Assembly: GCF_042095715.1 (NCBI RefSeq)
Contig: NZ_JBELMO010000003.1
Coordinates: 66,779-130,778, forward strand
Reading direction: 5' to 3'
From: Qipengyuania sp.
GTDB taxonomy: Bacteria; Pseudomonadota; Alphaproteobacteria; Sphingomonadales; Sphingomonadaceae
DNA length: 64,000 nt
Part shown: positions 20,226 through 28,787 of the stretch, one piece after another
Position numbering within the stretch: position 1 is the first letter of the stretch
How the letters are laid out: every line of letters starts with the position of its first letter
Position numbers and translations under genes: made by a program
The notes under the pieces: model-generated
What the model was told of the DNA's origin: nothing
The model's database searches: none
What the model saw: the letters and a program-made list of their open reading frames with translations, nothing else

Positions 20226-20395
20226 AAGGATTACAGTCGAAAGCGTCTTCCCCTCTGGCCTAGGGCTGTTGAGCTGTTTGCTTTTGTCTGAACCACTGAT
20301 ACTGGCAATTGCGTTCAAGCCACAGCCAAGTGGGCTGCGCCATTGGCACTCGCCTTCCTGCCATTTGATCGATTGCAGCGCTTAGACCCAACACT

Positions 20396-21697
20396 ATGAC
20401 TTCACGAGAAACTACGCGCCTGTTCGCACTGCCGGACGATGAGGGCCGTGCCGAACGCGCTTCATTTTCTGACGTTGCGCACCGCCTCGCCTTCGGGGCG
20501 ATCGGATGGCCGTGGCTGCTATTCAGTCTGTGGGGCGGAACGAAGGCGTCAAAACAGCGGCTACTCGCGCGCATCGGACTGAATGAAAACTCGCTCCCCA
20601 ATCTCGGCAGTTGGAAGGCGGACACGGGTTTCCTTCATCGGATCGTCGATACGGTTGAAGAGCTTCGCCCTCAGGTTGTGGTCGAACTTGGCGCTGGGGC
20701 CTCGACACTTGTATGCGCCAAGGCACTGGCCCGGAACGGGGGTGGGCGACTTGTCAGTTTCGACCAGCACAAAGACTTCGTCGAAGCGACGGCACGCTGG
20801 ATTGAAGACGAAGGGGCGAAAGCTGATCTGCGTTGGGCGCCTCTTTCGAGCGAAGTAAATGACTGGCCCGGACGATGGTATTGCCTCCACGACATACCCG
20901 ATCGGATCGACCTCATAATCATCGACGGACCGCCGTGGACGGTCCATCCCTTTGTCCGAGGCGCTGCGGAATGCCTTTTTGATCGCCTCACACCCAACGG
21001 ACAAGTCCTGCTCGATGATGCCGCGCGTCCGGGAGAACGGGTCATTGCCAGGCGTTGGGCAAGAGATTGGCCCGAAATAACCTTCGAACGGGCAAGTGGT
21101 AGTACAAAAGGGACCCTCGTCGGGCGCAAACTGGATAATACCGGGGCTTCGGCTGCGCATATCACTTTGGTGAATGACAATCAGCCGCACGGAAGTTGGC
21201 GTCGGGCAGCAGCAATGCTCGCGCTTTTTGGTGCGGGCTGGATGGCAAACGGACTGATAGGCGATCTTGCCGAGCCGGCAGTTGCGGCTTCGATTGTGGA
21301 TGAGGCGCACGCCTCCGACGCGGCTAGCCGAGCGAGGCAGGCAATGATCTCGCTCGAAGAGTCGGAGCAGCTAGATCGCCGGGAGATTGCACAAACTACC
21401 GGTCTTGGCCTTCCCGATCTGCCTTCGGGGTGGAAGGTAAGCGACGTGCAACTCTTTCCGTCCGACCTAGGCAATTCGCTGACGGTAACCTTGATCACTC
21501 AAAGAGGTGAACACCTGTCGCTGTTTGCGGCGCGCGCCGAGACCCCTGCGGAGGAGTTGCCTCTCATGGAGCAGCGCGAAGAGAACGCCATTGCATATTG
21601 GGAGGAAGGTCCGCTGGCATATGCTCTTGTTGGCGAAATGGAAGCTGAGAGGCTTCTACGGTATGCTGCGCAGCTGAGTGAAACGCGGCAAAAGTAA
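20396..21697 (+). CDS. Class I SAM-dependent methyltransferase fused via a TM helix to an anti-sigma-factor-like C-terminal domain
   Basis: VVELGAGAS, IIDGPP and LLDD motifs; TM RRAAAMLALFGAGWMAN; C-terminal LPDLPSGWKVSDVQLFPS..SLF..AYWEEGPLAYALVGE. Confidence 0.8.
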   Translation: MTSRETTRLFALPDDEGRAERASFSDVAHRLAFGAIGWPWLLFSLWGGTKASKQRLLARIGLNENSLPNLGSWKADTGFLHRIVDTVEELRPQVVVELGAGASTLVCAKALARNGGGRLVSFDQHKDFVEATARWIEDEGAKADLRWAPLSSEVNDWPGRWYCLHDIPDRIDLIIIDGPPWTVHPFVRGAAECLFDRLTPNGQVLLDDAARPGERVIARRWARDWPEITFERASGSTKGTLVGRKLDNTGASAAHITLVNDNQPHGSWRRAAAMLALFGAGWMANGLIGDLAEPAVAASIVDEAHASDAASRARQAMISLEESEQLDRREIAQTTGLGLPDLPSGWKVSDVQLFPSDLGNSLTVTLITQRGEHLSLFAARAETPAEELPLMEQREENAIAYWEEGPLAYALVGEMEAERLLRYAAQLSETRQK

Positions 21698-21870
21698 AGT
21701 GCGATGCCCGACATGATCGATCCGCACAAATCCGCCAGGTCGATACCTGAGAGACCGCTTGCGGCCATTTAGACCCACCAAAGGCTGGTCGGCACAATAT
21801 AGATCACCCAGTCATAAACGAAGTCAAACACGCGACCGTCCTTTCCATGGGACAGCCTACCGCGCCAACC

Positions 21871-21897
21871 AATGTCCGCAATGGGTCGATAGCTGAA
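21871..21897 (+). repeat. Imperfect palindromic repeat unit U4
   Basis: aatgtccgcaatgggtcgatagctgaa; same orientation as U1-U3. Confidence 0.72.
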
Positions 21898-21922
21898 ACG
21901 ATTTGATCCGCGATTACGCGGT

Positions 21923-22054
21923 TCAGCTGTTCTTGATCGTTTCGAGGCCCTTGATCCCGCCAGGCTTGAGGCTCGGCTGCGATGCATTCGTTTTGACCTT
22001 TTCCGCCTTGGGCTTGCGGATTTCACGGTTCGATCGCTTTTGACTTTTTGCCAT
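21923..22054 (-). CDS. 43-aa basic small protein
   Basis: MAKSQKRSNREIRKPKAEKVKTNASQPSLKPGGIKGLETIKNS; strong AAAGGA RBS. Confidence 0.7.
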   Translation of the reverse strand: MAKSQKRSNREIRKPKAEKVKTNASQPSLKPGGIKGLETIKNS

Positions 22055-22100
22055 CGTCTTTTCCTTTGTAAGTTCTTTAGCGCTTGAATGGGGCCGGCAT

Positions 22101-22385
22101 TCAATCGTCGGCGCGGCCCCGGTCGGGGTTCTCGTTCGCCGCTTCGCCCTCGTTTTCCGCTGAAGCCGCATCGCAGGGGCCGGCGTAGCTGCCATAGATG
22201 ATGGTCTGGGGAGCGAGGGGGTTGGCTATGGTCGCACCGGTGGGGGCGATATCGCGCAGGTTCCGGATCTCCCGCGCGTATCTGGCGATCCGGCCGAAAT
22301 GATCGCTCGAGGACGCATCCCCGCCCGACGCACCCAACCGCATCACCTCTTCCTGATGAGCACCAAGCAGTTCGTTGAGATCCAT
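22101..22385 (-). CDS. Hypothetical protein (94 aa)
   Basis: MDLNELLGAHQEEVMRLG..HFGRIARYAREIR; AAGGA RBS. Confidence 0.7.
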   Translation of the reverse strand: MDLNELLGAHQEEVMRLGASGGDASSSDHFGRIARYAREIRNLRDIAPTGATIANPLAPQTIIYGSYAGPCDAASAENEGEAANENPDRGRADD

Positions 22386-22488
22386 GGCATCGTCCTTTTC
22401 GGTTCCTGCCCAAAAATTGGGACGTCTCGTGCTCCAGGGCGGGCAGCGCCCGAAGAGCCGACTTCGCGACCTCTTGTCGCGCATGCCG

Positions 22489-22746
22489 TTAGTTGGCGGC
22501 GAGTCGGTGCAACTTCGCCCGCACCTTGCTGGCGCCGGCTGTGCTTTCCGTCGCCAGCAGCAGAGGCTGCCCGCCCAGTTCCGCATCGTCGCTGTTTAGG
22601 AATGCAATTGCGGCATCCCTGCCCAGCGAAAGGAAGGCGAAACTGGTGATATCACCCTGCCTCGCGGCCTGATCGGGAGAAAGCGGAGAGGGCTTGGTAC
22701 GCCTGCGCCAATGAGCAGCCGGGGCGCGGGTCTTTTCTTCGGTCAT
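22489..22746 (-). CDS. DUF2384 / Xre-MbcA-ParS C-terminal-like protein
   Basis: LSPDQAARQGDITSFAFLSLGRDAAIAFLNSDDAELGGQPLLLA resembles the A..FL...N..LGG..PL.L antitoxin fold. Confidence 0.65.
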   Translation of the reverse strand: MTEEKTRAPAAHWRRRTKPSPLSPDQAARQGDITSFAFLSLGRDAAIAFLNSDDAELGGQPLLLATESTAGASKVRAKLHRLAAN

Positions 22747-22780
22747 AGAGGCCAGATCCCTGTGTAGGTTCCACGGAAGG

Positions 22781-22873
22781 TCAATTGATCATCCACCAGA
22801 TCAGGAGCGCCATTGCGGCCAGCAACGCGAAGATCGAGAGATATTGGGGCCCGGTATTGCCGCGAGGATTCAC
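22781..22873 (-). CDS. 30-aa single-TM small protein
   Basis: GTG start overlaps the upstream stop (GTGA); MNPRGNTGPQYLSIFALLAAMALLIWWMIN. Confidence 0.45.
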   Translation of the reverse strand: MNPRGNTGPQYLSIFALLAAMALLIWWMIN

Positions 22874-23097
22874 GGCGAAACAGGCTCTTGCTTCGCCATG
22901 CGGCGGGCCTGCGCAATCGCATCGGCGAGCGTGGTGTATCGATAACCGCCCACGAGATAGGTTTCGGTCATCTGGCGCACGATTCCGTGCATATCCGGCG
23001 GGACATCGGACGGCTGACCGCCCGCTTCGCCCGGTTGCGAAACAGTCTGGATATCGCTGGCGTTTAGCGTGGGACATCGACCGGCTCCCTTTTGCAA
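22870..23097 (-). CDS. Small hypothetical protein; start uncertain
   Basis: C-terminal GIVRQMTETYLVGGYRYTTLADAIAQARR reads like a compact conserved domain. Confidence 0.6.
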   Translation of the reverse strand: MQKGAGRCPTLNASDIQTVSQPGEAGGQPSDVPPDMHGIVRQMTETYLVGGYRYTTLADAIAQARRMAKQEPVSP

Positions 23098-23278
23098 GCG
23101 GGAGCTCTAAGTCTCTCAGTCGAGGGCGCTCACAAGCAGGATGCCTCTTCGATGATCCCGAAATGGGGAGCCGGGGGTCGAATACAAGGTGCCAGACGCC
23201 GTGGAGGCGCGATCTTGCAGCGTGCGGGCGCGGTCACCGCAACGGGATCGGTCGCCCTGCCTGCGCGCAATTGAGGGT

Positions 23279-23845
23279 TTACGCCGCCTCGCGCAGCTTC
23301 TTAAGCTTTTTCAGCGCCATCTGCCGCTTGAGGCGGCTCAGGTGGTCGATGAACAGCACGCCTTCCAGATGGTCCATCTCATGCTGGATGCAGGTGGCCA
23401 TCATGCCTTCCAGCGCTTCCTCGTGGGTGTTGCCTTCCAGATCCTGCCAGCGCACGCGGCAGGCGGCGGGGCGGTCCACGTCGGCGTAGATGTCGGGGAC
23501 CGAGAGGCAGCCTTCCTGATAGGTGGAAAGCTCTTCCGCCGGATCGAGGATTTCGGGGTTCACGAAGATGCGCGGTTCGTTCTTCGTGGGCTGGTGGTAA
23601 TGCTTGTGGCCGTCATGATGACATTCCTCGGGCTCGGCATCCGGATCGTCGGGCTGGAGGTCGATCACGAGGATGCGCTTGGGCACGCCGACTTGGATCG
23701 CGGCGAGGCCAATGCCGTTGGCATCGTACATCGTCTCGAACATGTCATCGACGAGCGTCTTGAGCTCCGCATCGAACTCTGTGACGGGTTCGGACACGGT
23801 TTTCAGCCGGGGGTCCGGCACTTCCAGGATTTCACGAATGGCCAT
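23279..23845 (-). CDS. def: Peptide deformylase
   Basis: GIGLAAIQVG, EGCLSV and QHEMDHLEG. Confidence 0.96.
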   Translation of the reverse strand: MAIREILEVPDPRLKTVSEPVTEFDAELKTLVDDMFETMYDANGIGLAAIQVGVPKRILVIDLQPDDPDAEPEECHHDGHKHYHQPTKNEPRIFVNPEILDPAEELSTYQEGCLSVPDIYADVDRPAACRVRWQDLEGNTHEEALEGMMATCIQHEMDHLEGVLFIDHLSRLKRQMALKKLKKLREAA

Positions 23846-23902
23846 GCGGGGCGATTTAGTGCGTGCGGGGGATTCGTTCAATCCCGCCGGAAATGGGGAG
23901 GG

Positions 23903-24499
23903 TCAGGAAACGGGCCGCCGTGCCCGCAGCGCCTGCGCCAGAGTGCCCTCGTCGAGATAGTCCAGCTCTCCGCCCACCGGCAGGCCGTGCGCAAGCTGGG
24001 TGATGCGCAGGGGAAATCCTTCCAGCCGCTCGGCCAGATAGTGCGAGGTGGTCTGCCCTTCCAGCGTGGCGTTCATGGCCAAAACGATCTCGTCCACCCC
24101 GCCCGCTTCCACGCGCGCCAGCAGCGCGGCGATGTTGAGGTCTTCGGGGCGGATGCCGTCGAGCGCCGACAGCCTGCCGCCCAGCACGTGATAGGTGCCG
24201 GTGAACAGCTTCGCCCGGTCGAGCGCCCACAGATCGGCGACATCCTCCACCACGCAGATCGCCTTGGCATCGCGGCGCGGATCGGCGCAGATGGCGCAGG
24301 GGTTGCGCGTGTCGACATTGCCGCAGACCTCGCACTCCACCAGAGTGTCGCGCACCGCGACCAGCGCTTCCAGCAGCGCGGGAAGTGCCTGTTCGCGCCG
24401 CTTCACCAGCCACAGCACCGCGCGCCGCGCGCTGCGAGGGCCGAGGCCGGGCAGGCGGGCGAGCGCGCTGCTGAGGGTTTCGATCTCTTGCGATGCCAT
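23903..24499 (-). CDS. recR: Recombination mediator RecR
   Basis: LPGLGPRSA HhH, CEVCGN..CAIC Zn finger, Toprim VVEDVAD and EGQTT. Confidence 0.96.
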   Translation of the reverse strand: MASQEIETLSSALARLPGLGPRSARRAVLWLVKRREQALPALLEALVAVRDTLVECEVCGNVDTRNPCAICADPRRDAKAICVVEDVADLWALDRAKLFTGTYHVLGGRLSALDGIRPEDLNIAALLARVEAGGVDEIVLAMNATLEGQTTSHYLAERLEGFPLRITQLAHGLPVGGELDYLDEGTLAQALRARRPVS

Positions 24500-24551
24500 C
24501 CCCCGCCAGATAGGGCCGCGCCCGCATCTAAGAAAGGCCCGGACCACCGCC

Positions 24552-25457
24552 ATGCGCATCGTTTTCATGGGAACCCCCGATTTCGCGGTGCCGACGCTGG
24601 CGGCGCTGCACGATGCCGCGCACGAGATCGTGGCGGTCTATACCCAGCCGCCGCGCCCGGCGGGCCGGGGGAAGAAACTGCAACCCTCACCAGTGCAGAA
24701 GGAAGCGGAAATCCGCCATCTGGAGGTCCGCTCCCCCACCTCGTTGAAATCCGCCGAGGAGCAGGAACGGTTCGCGGCACTGGAGGCCGATCTGGCGGTC
24801 GTTGCGGCCTATGGCCTGATCCTTCCACAGGCGATTCTCGATGCGCCCCGCCACGGCTGCCTCAACGTCCATGCCAGCCTGCTGCCACGCTGGCGCGGCG
24901 CGGCGCCGGTGCAGCGCGCCATTCTGGCGGGCGATCCGCAGACCGGCATCACGCTTATGCAGATGGAAGCGGGGCTCGACACCGGGCCCATGCTGGCCAC
25001 CGCGCGCGTGCAGGTGGACGGCAAGACCGCGGGCGAACTGACGGCGGAACTGGCAGAGGTCGGCGCGCAACTGATGGTCGGCACGCTGACCGAACTCGGC
25101 GCGCTCCACGCCATCGCGCAGGACGACGAGCACGCCACCTATGCGAAGAAGATCGACAAGGCCGAAGCCCGGATCGACTGGTCGCAGGAGGCCGAGCAGG
25201 TCGAGAGGCAGGTTCGCGCCTTCGCCCCGGCACCGGGCGCGTTCTTCGAATACGAGGGCGAGCGATACCGCATCCTGGCAGCCGAGATCGCCGATGGCTC
25301 GGGCACGCCAGGCGAGGTACTGGACGATGCGTTGACCATCGCTTGCGGCACGGGGGCGCTGCGCCCCCACACCATCCAGCGCGCCGGAAAGCCGGCCATG
25401 GAAACCGCCGCTCTGCTGCGGGGCAAGGCGATCCCGGCGGGGACCATGCTTGCGTGA
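24552..25457 (+). CDS. fmt: Methionyl-tRNA formyltransferase
   Basis: [27 protein letters not shown] and GLDTGP. Confidence 0.96.
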   Translation: MRIVFMGTPDFAVPTLAALHDAAHEIVAVYTQPPRPAGRGKKLQPSPVQKEAEIRHLEVRSPTSLKSAEEQERFAALEADLAVVAAYGLILPQAILDAPRHGCLNVHASLLPRWRGAAPVQRAILAGDPQTGITLMQMEAGLDTGPMLATARVQVDGKTAGELTAELAEVGAQLMVGTLTELGALHAIAQDDEHATYAKKIDKAEARIDWSQEAEQVERQVRAFAPAPGAFFEYEGERYRILAAEIADGSGTPGEVLDDALTIACGTGALRPHTIQRAGKPAMETAALLRGKAIPAGTMLA

Positions 25458-25483
25458 CTGCTCAAGTCGTCAGGTAGTTTAGA

Positions 25484-26230
25484 ATGACCCGCTTCGCGCT
25501 CACGCTGGAATTCGACGGCACGCCTTTCATGGGCCTGCAGCGCCAGCCCCATGGGCCCAGCGTTCAGCAGGCGGTCGAGGAGGCGGCGGGCCGCGTAACC
25601 GGCGAAGCGGTGACGCTACACAGCGCGGGCCGCACCGATACAGGCGTCCACGCGCTTGCGATGCGCAGCCATTGCGACATCGAAAAGCCCTTCGAAGGCT
25701 TCCGGCTGATGGAGGCGCTCAATCACCATCTGCGGCCCGATCCCATCGCAGTGACGGCGTGCGAAGTGGTGCCGCAAGATTGGCATGCCCGCTTTTCCTG
25801 CATCGGTCGCAGCTATGTCTATCGCATCGCCAACCGGCGCGCGCCGCTGGCCCTGGAGCGCAATCGCGCCTGGCAAATACCGCAGGAGCTGGACCACGAG
25901 GCCATGCACCGCGCCGCGCAGGCGCTGGTCGGTCATCACGATTTCACCACGTTCCGATCGGTCAACTGCCAGTCGCAAAGCGCGAACAAGACCCTGGATA
26001 GGCTCGACGTGGAGCGCGAGGGAGGTATGGTCCGGATCCACGCCGCCGCGCGCAGCTTCCTGCATCACCAGGTCCGCTCCATGGTCGGCTGCCTTGCGCT
26101 TGTGGGCATGGGCCGCTGGCGCGAAGATCAGATGGCGGAAGCTCTCGCCGCGAAGGATCGCGCCGCGCTGGGCCTCAACGCCCCGCCCCACGGCCTCTAT
26201 TTCGTCGCGGCCACCTACCCGAACGACTAG
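25484..26230 (+). CDS. truA: tRNA pseudouridine(38-40) synthase
   Basis: [28 protein letters not shown] and APPHGL. Confidence 0.96.
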   Translation: MTRFALTLEFDGTPFMGLQRQPHGPSVQQAVEEAAGRVTGEAVTLHSAGRTDTGVHALAMRSHCDIEKPFEGFRLMEALNHHLRPDPIAVTACEVVPQDWHARFSCIGRSYVYRIANRRAPLALERNRAWQIPQELDHEAMHRAAQALVGHHDFTTFRSVNCQSQSANKTLDRLDVEREGGMVRIHAAARSFLHHQVRSMVGCLALVGMGRWREDQMAEALAAKDRAALGLNAPPHGLYFVAATYPND

Positions 26231-26304
26231 TTTTTGCTCGCAACCCTTTTCTTGCCGGCAAACCCCGCCTAGCGAGACGGCAATTATCACATGGGAGACG
26301 AGAC

Positions 26305-27411
26305 ATGACGACGACCGGCAAGCAGATTTTCACGACACTGGAGGCCGACGGCACGCTGACCGTCGAAGTGGGTGAGACGCAGTTTCCCGATCCCAAGGGA
26401 AATCAGGTGCTGGTGAAGATGGAAGCCGCCCCGATCAATCCCAGCGACTTGGCGCTCCTGCTCGGTTCCGCGGATCTGGAAACGGCAGACTATTCCCCCG
26501 GCAAGCTGGTAGCCAAGATGCCCGAACCCTTCGCCTCCGGTGCGAAGGCCCGGCACGGCCAGCGCCTGCCGGTGGGCAACGAGGGCGCCGGCACCGTGGT
26601 CGCGGCCGGCGAAGGCGAAGCGGCGCAGGCGCTGATGGGCCAGCGCGTCGCCTGCGTGCCGGGGCAGGCCTATGCCGAATACGCCATCGCCGATGCCGGC
26701 ATGTGCCTGCCGCTCGGCGACCACAGTGCGGAGGCCGGCGCCTCCAGCTTCGTCAATCCGATGACGGCACTGGGTTTCGTCGAAAACGCGCGCATGGATG
26801 GACAGCGGGCCATCGTTCACGCCGCCGCGGCCTCCAACCTGGGCCAGATGCTGGTCAAGATCTGCCAGGCCGATGGGATCGAGCTGGTCAACATCGTGCG
26901 TAGCCAGTCGCAGGTCGATCTGCTCAAGGGCATCGGCGCCAAGCATGTCGTCAATTCGAGCGACGACGATTTCATGAAGCAGCTGCGCGCCGCGATCGAG
27001 GCGACCGGCGCCTTCTACGGCTTCGATCCGATTGGCGGCGGGAAGACGGTGGATAGCTGTTTCAAGGCCATGGAGCAGGTCGCCGCGAGCAAGATGGGCG
27101 ATTACAATCGCTATGGTTCCAACCAGCAGAAGAAGATGCACATCTATGGCCGGCTCGATCTGGGGCCGACCATCCTGACGCCGAGCTACGGTTTCGGCTG
27201 GACGCTTACGGGCTGGCTGCTCACACCGTTCATGGCGCAGGCCGGGCAGGAAACCGTCGGGCGCATGCGCCAGCGCGTGCTATCCGAACTGACCACGACC
27301 TTTGCCAGCAGCTACAAGCGCAAGGTGACGCTGGAAGAAATGCTGACCAAGGAAGCGGCGACCGAATATCGCGCGATGAAGACCGGCGAGAAATATCTGG
27401 TCACGCCCTGA
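26305..27411 (+). CDS. Zinc-independent MDR-family NAD(P)H oxidoreductase
   Basis: VLVKMEAAPINPSDL, GNEGAGTVV, FVNPMTALG and AAASNLGQML. Confidence 0.85.
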   Translation: MTTTGKQIFTTLEADGTLTVEVGETQFPDPKGNQVLVKMEAAPINPSDLALLLGSADLETADYSPGKLVAKMPEPFASGAKARHGQRLPVGNEGAGTVVAAGEGEAAQALMGQRVACVPGQAYAEYAIADAGMCLPLGDHSAEAGASSFVNPMTALGFVENARMDGQRAIVHAAAASNLGQMLVKICQADGIELVNIVRSQSQVDLLKGIGAKHVVNSSDDDFMKQLRAAIEATGAFYGFDPIGGGKTVDSCFKAMEQVAASKMGDYNRYGSNQQKKMHIYGRLDLGPTILTPSYGFGWTLTGWLLTPFMAQAGQETVGRMRQRVLSELTTTFASSYKRKVTLEEMLTKEAATEYRAMKTGEKYLVTP

Positions 27412-27546
27412 GGGGTTTCGGGCCGCCCCCGTCGTCTGCGCGACGGCGGGGGTGCGGCCTTGTCATTTCGCTGACTCACCGACTTCGCCCGCCCCGGGTA
27501 GGCTCCCCCTTCTCATCCCCGCGGTTATGACGAACGGGGGTTTGCA

Positions 27547-28533
27547 CTACCTCCGGTCGAAGTGCTCCTGCATCTCGGCAATTTCGCTGAGCCCGTTGGC
27601 AATCAGCAGTTGCAGGAGCACGCGCGCCTTGGGCGGGTTGAACGAGCGCGCGGCGACAAATCCAAGGGCATCGTCATCGATCTCGAGGTTCCGGTCGACA
27701 TATCCCTGATCGACGCGGCTTGCCCGGACCACCGGCACACCCGAGCGAACCGCTGTCGCCAGCGCATCGAGCACTGCGGCCGGGGCGTTGCCCTGACCCA
27801 TGCCCGCAAGAACCAGCCCGCGCGCACCGCCATTTAGCAGCGCGTCCACGACGCCCGGGTTCATGCCCGCATAAGCCGCGACGATATCCACCTGCGGCAG
27901 CGCATGCGGCCACCGCAGGCGCGCGGTGCGGTTGAGCTTGTCCGGCGGGCCGAACCAGTCGAGCGAGGAGGGGGTGACATTGCCGAGCGGTCCGCGCGGA
28001 AATCCGCGAAACGCATCCACATTGGTGGTGCGGGCCTTGCGGACGTCGCTGGCGGCGAAGACCTGATCCCCCATCACTACCATCACCCCGCGCCCTGCGG
28101 CGTCGGGATCGCGCGCCACCCGCACGGCGTTGGCGAAATTGCGCATCCCGTCGCTGCCGACCGCATCGGCCGGGCGCATCGCGCCGACCAGCACCACCGG
28201 CTTGGTCGCCGGCAGCGTCAGATCGAGCAGGAAGGCCGTTTCCTCTGCCGTGTCCGTCCCGTGGGTGATGACGATACCGTGGATGTCCGGGGCGTTTTCG
28301 GTCGCCAGAATGGCATCGTGCAGCTCGTCCCATTCGCGCCAGCCGATATCCTGGGACCCGATCGCGGCGATGGCCTTGGCCCGCAGTTCGACGGGAATGC
28401 CGAGTGCGCGGATCTCCGCTGCCATTTCATCGATGCTGACCTGCCCGGGCGCATAGGCGCGGCCCGTTCCCCCGGCTCCGCGGCCCGCGATGGTGCCGCC
28501 GGTTGCCAGCACTCTGATGCATGCGTTCGTCAT
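27547..28533 (-). CDS. L-asparaginase
   Basis: ATGGTIAG and THGTDTAEE active-site motifs. Confidence 0.92.
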   Translation of the reverse strand: MTNACIRVLATGGTIAGRGAGGTGRAYAPGQVSIDEMAAEIRALGIPVELRAKAIAAIGSQDIGWREWDELHDAILATENAPDIHGIVITHGTDTAEETAFLLDLTLPATKPVVLVGAMRPADAVGSDGMRNFANAVRVARDPDAAGRGVMVVMGDQVFAASDVRKARTTNVDAFRGFPRGPLGNVTPSSLDWFGPPDKLNRTARLRWPHALPQVDIVAAYAGMNPGVVDALLNGGARGLVLAGMGQGNAPAAVLDALATAVRSGVPVVRASRVDQGYVDRNLEIDDDALGFVAARSFNPPKARVLLQLLIANGLSEIAEMQEHFDRR

Positions 28534-28649
28534 GGGCGCAGGCGGTTAGCGACAAGGCTGCAAGAGTTCCAGCATCGCGATTGCAATTGCGGTGGCAAAC
28601 GCTATGAGGCGCTCCTCCCCGCGCAGCGCAACCATCGCTGCGTGTCGTG

Positions 28650-28725
28650 GGGCGCTTAGCTCAGTTGGTAGAGCATCTCGTTTACACCGAGAGGGTCGGC
28701 GGTTCGAGCCCGTCAGCGCCCACCA
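28650..28725 (+). tRNA. tRNA-Val (TAC)
   Basis: 76-nt cloverleaf; anticodon loop tt-TAC-ac; GGTTCGAG T-loop; encoded CCA. Confidence 0.97.
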
Positions 28726-28787
28726 CTTGCAAGTCGGAGCAGCCTGGCCCGGCCGGGTGGGCGCCCGGAGCGGGCGCACAGCGCTCG

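Noticed and set aside
20097-20318. N-terminal extension of the 186-aa ORF 19758-20318
   Set aside because: It reads straight through repeat units U2/U3 and is not protein-like; the ATG at 20096 is more plausible.
19729-21897. The repeats as a CRISPR array or classical integron
   Set aside because: Spacing is irregular (95-1670 bp), the units are divergent, there is no cas or intI gene, and the units are shorter than attC sites.
23152-23172. gatcccgaaatggggagc as a fifth repeat unit at the island's right edge
   Set aside because: Only the ccg-N-aatgggg core matches; too degenerate to support without a profile search.
23189-25477. 762-aa plus-strand ORF and the many other long overlapping ORFs in the track (e.g. 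10160-11743, 12703-14172, 34163-35395, 56527-57696)
   Set aside because: These are antisense or alternative-frame shadows of well-identified genes, expected in high-GC DNA; they have no motifs and are Arg/Ala/Gly-rich.
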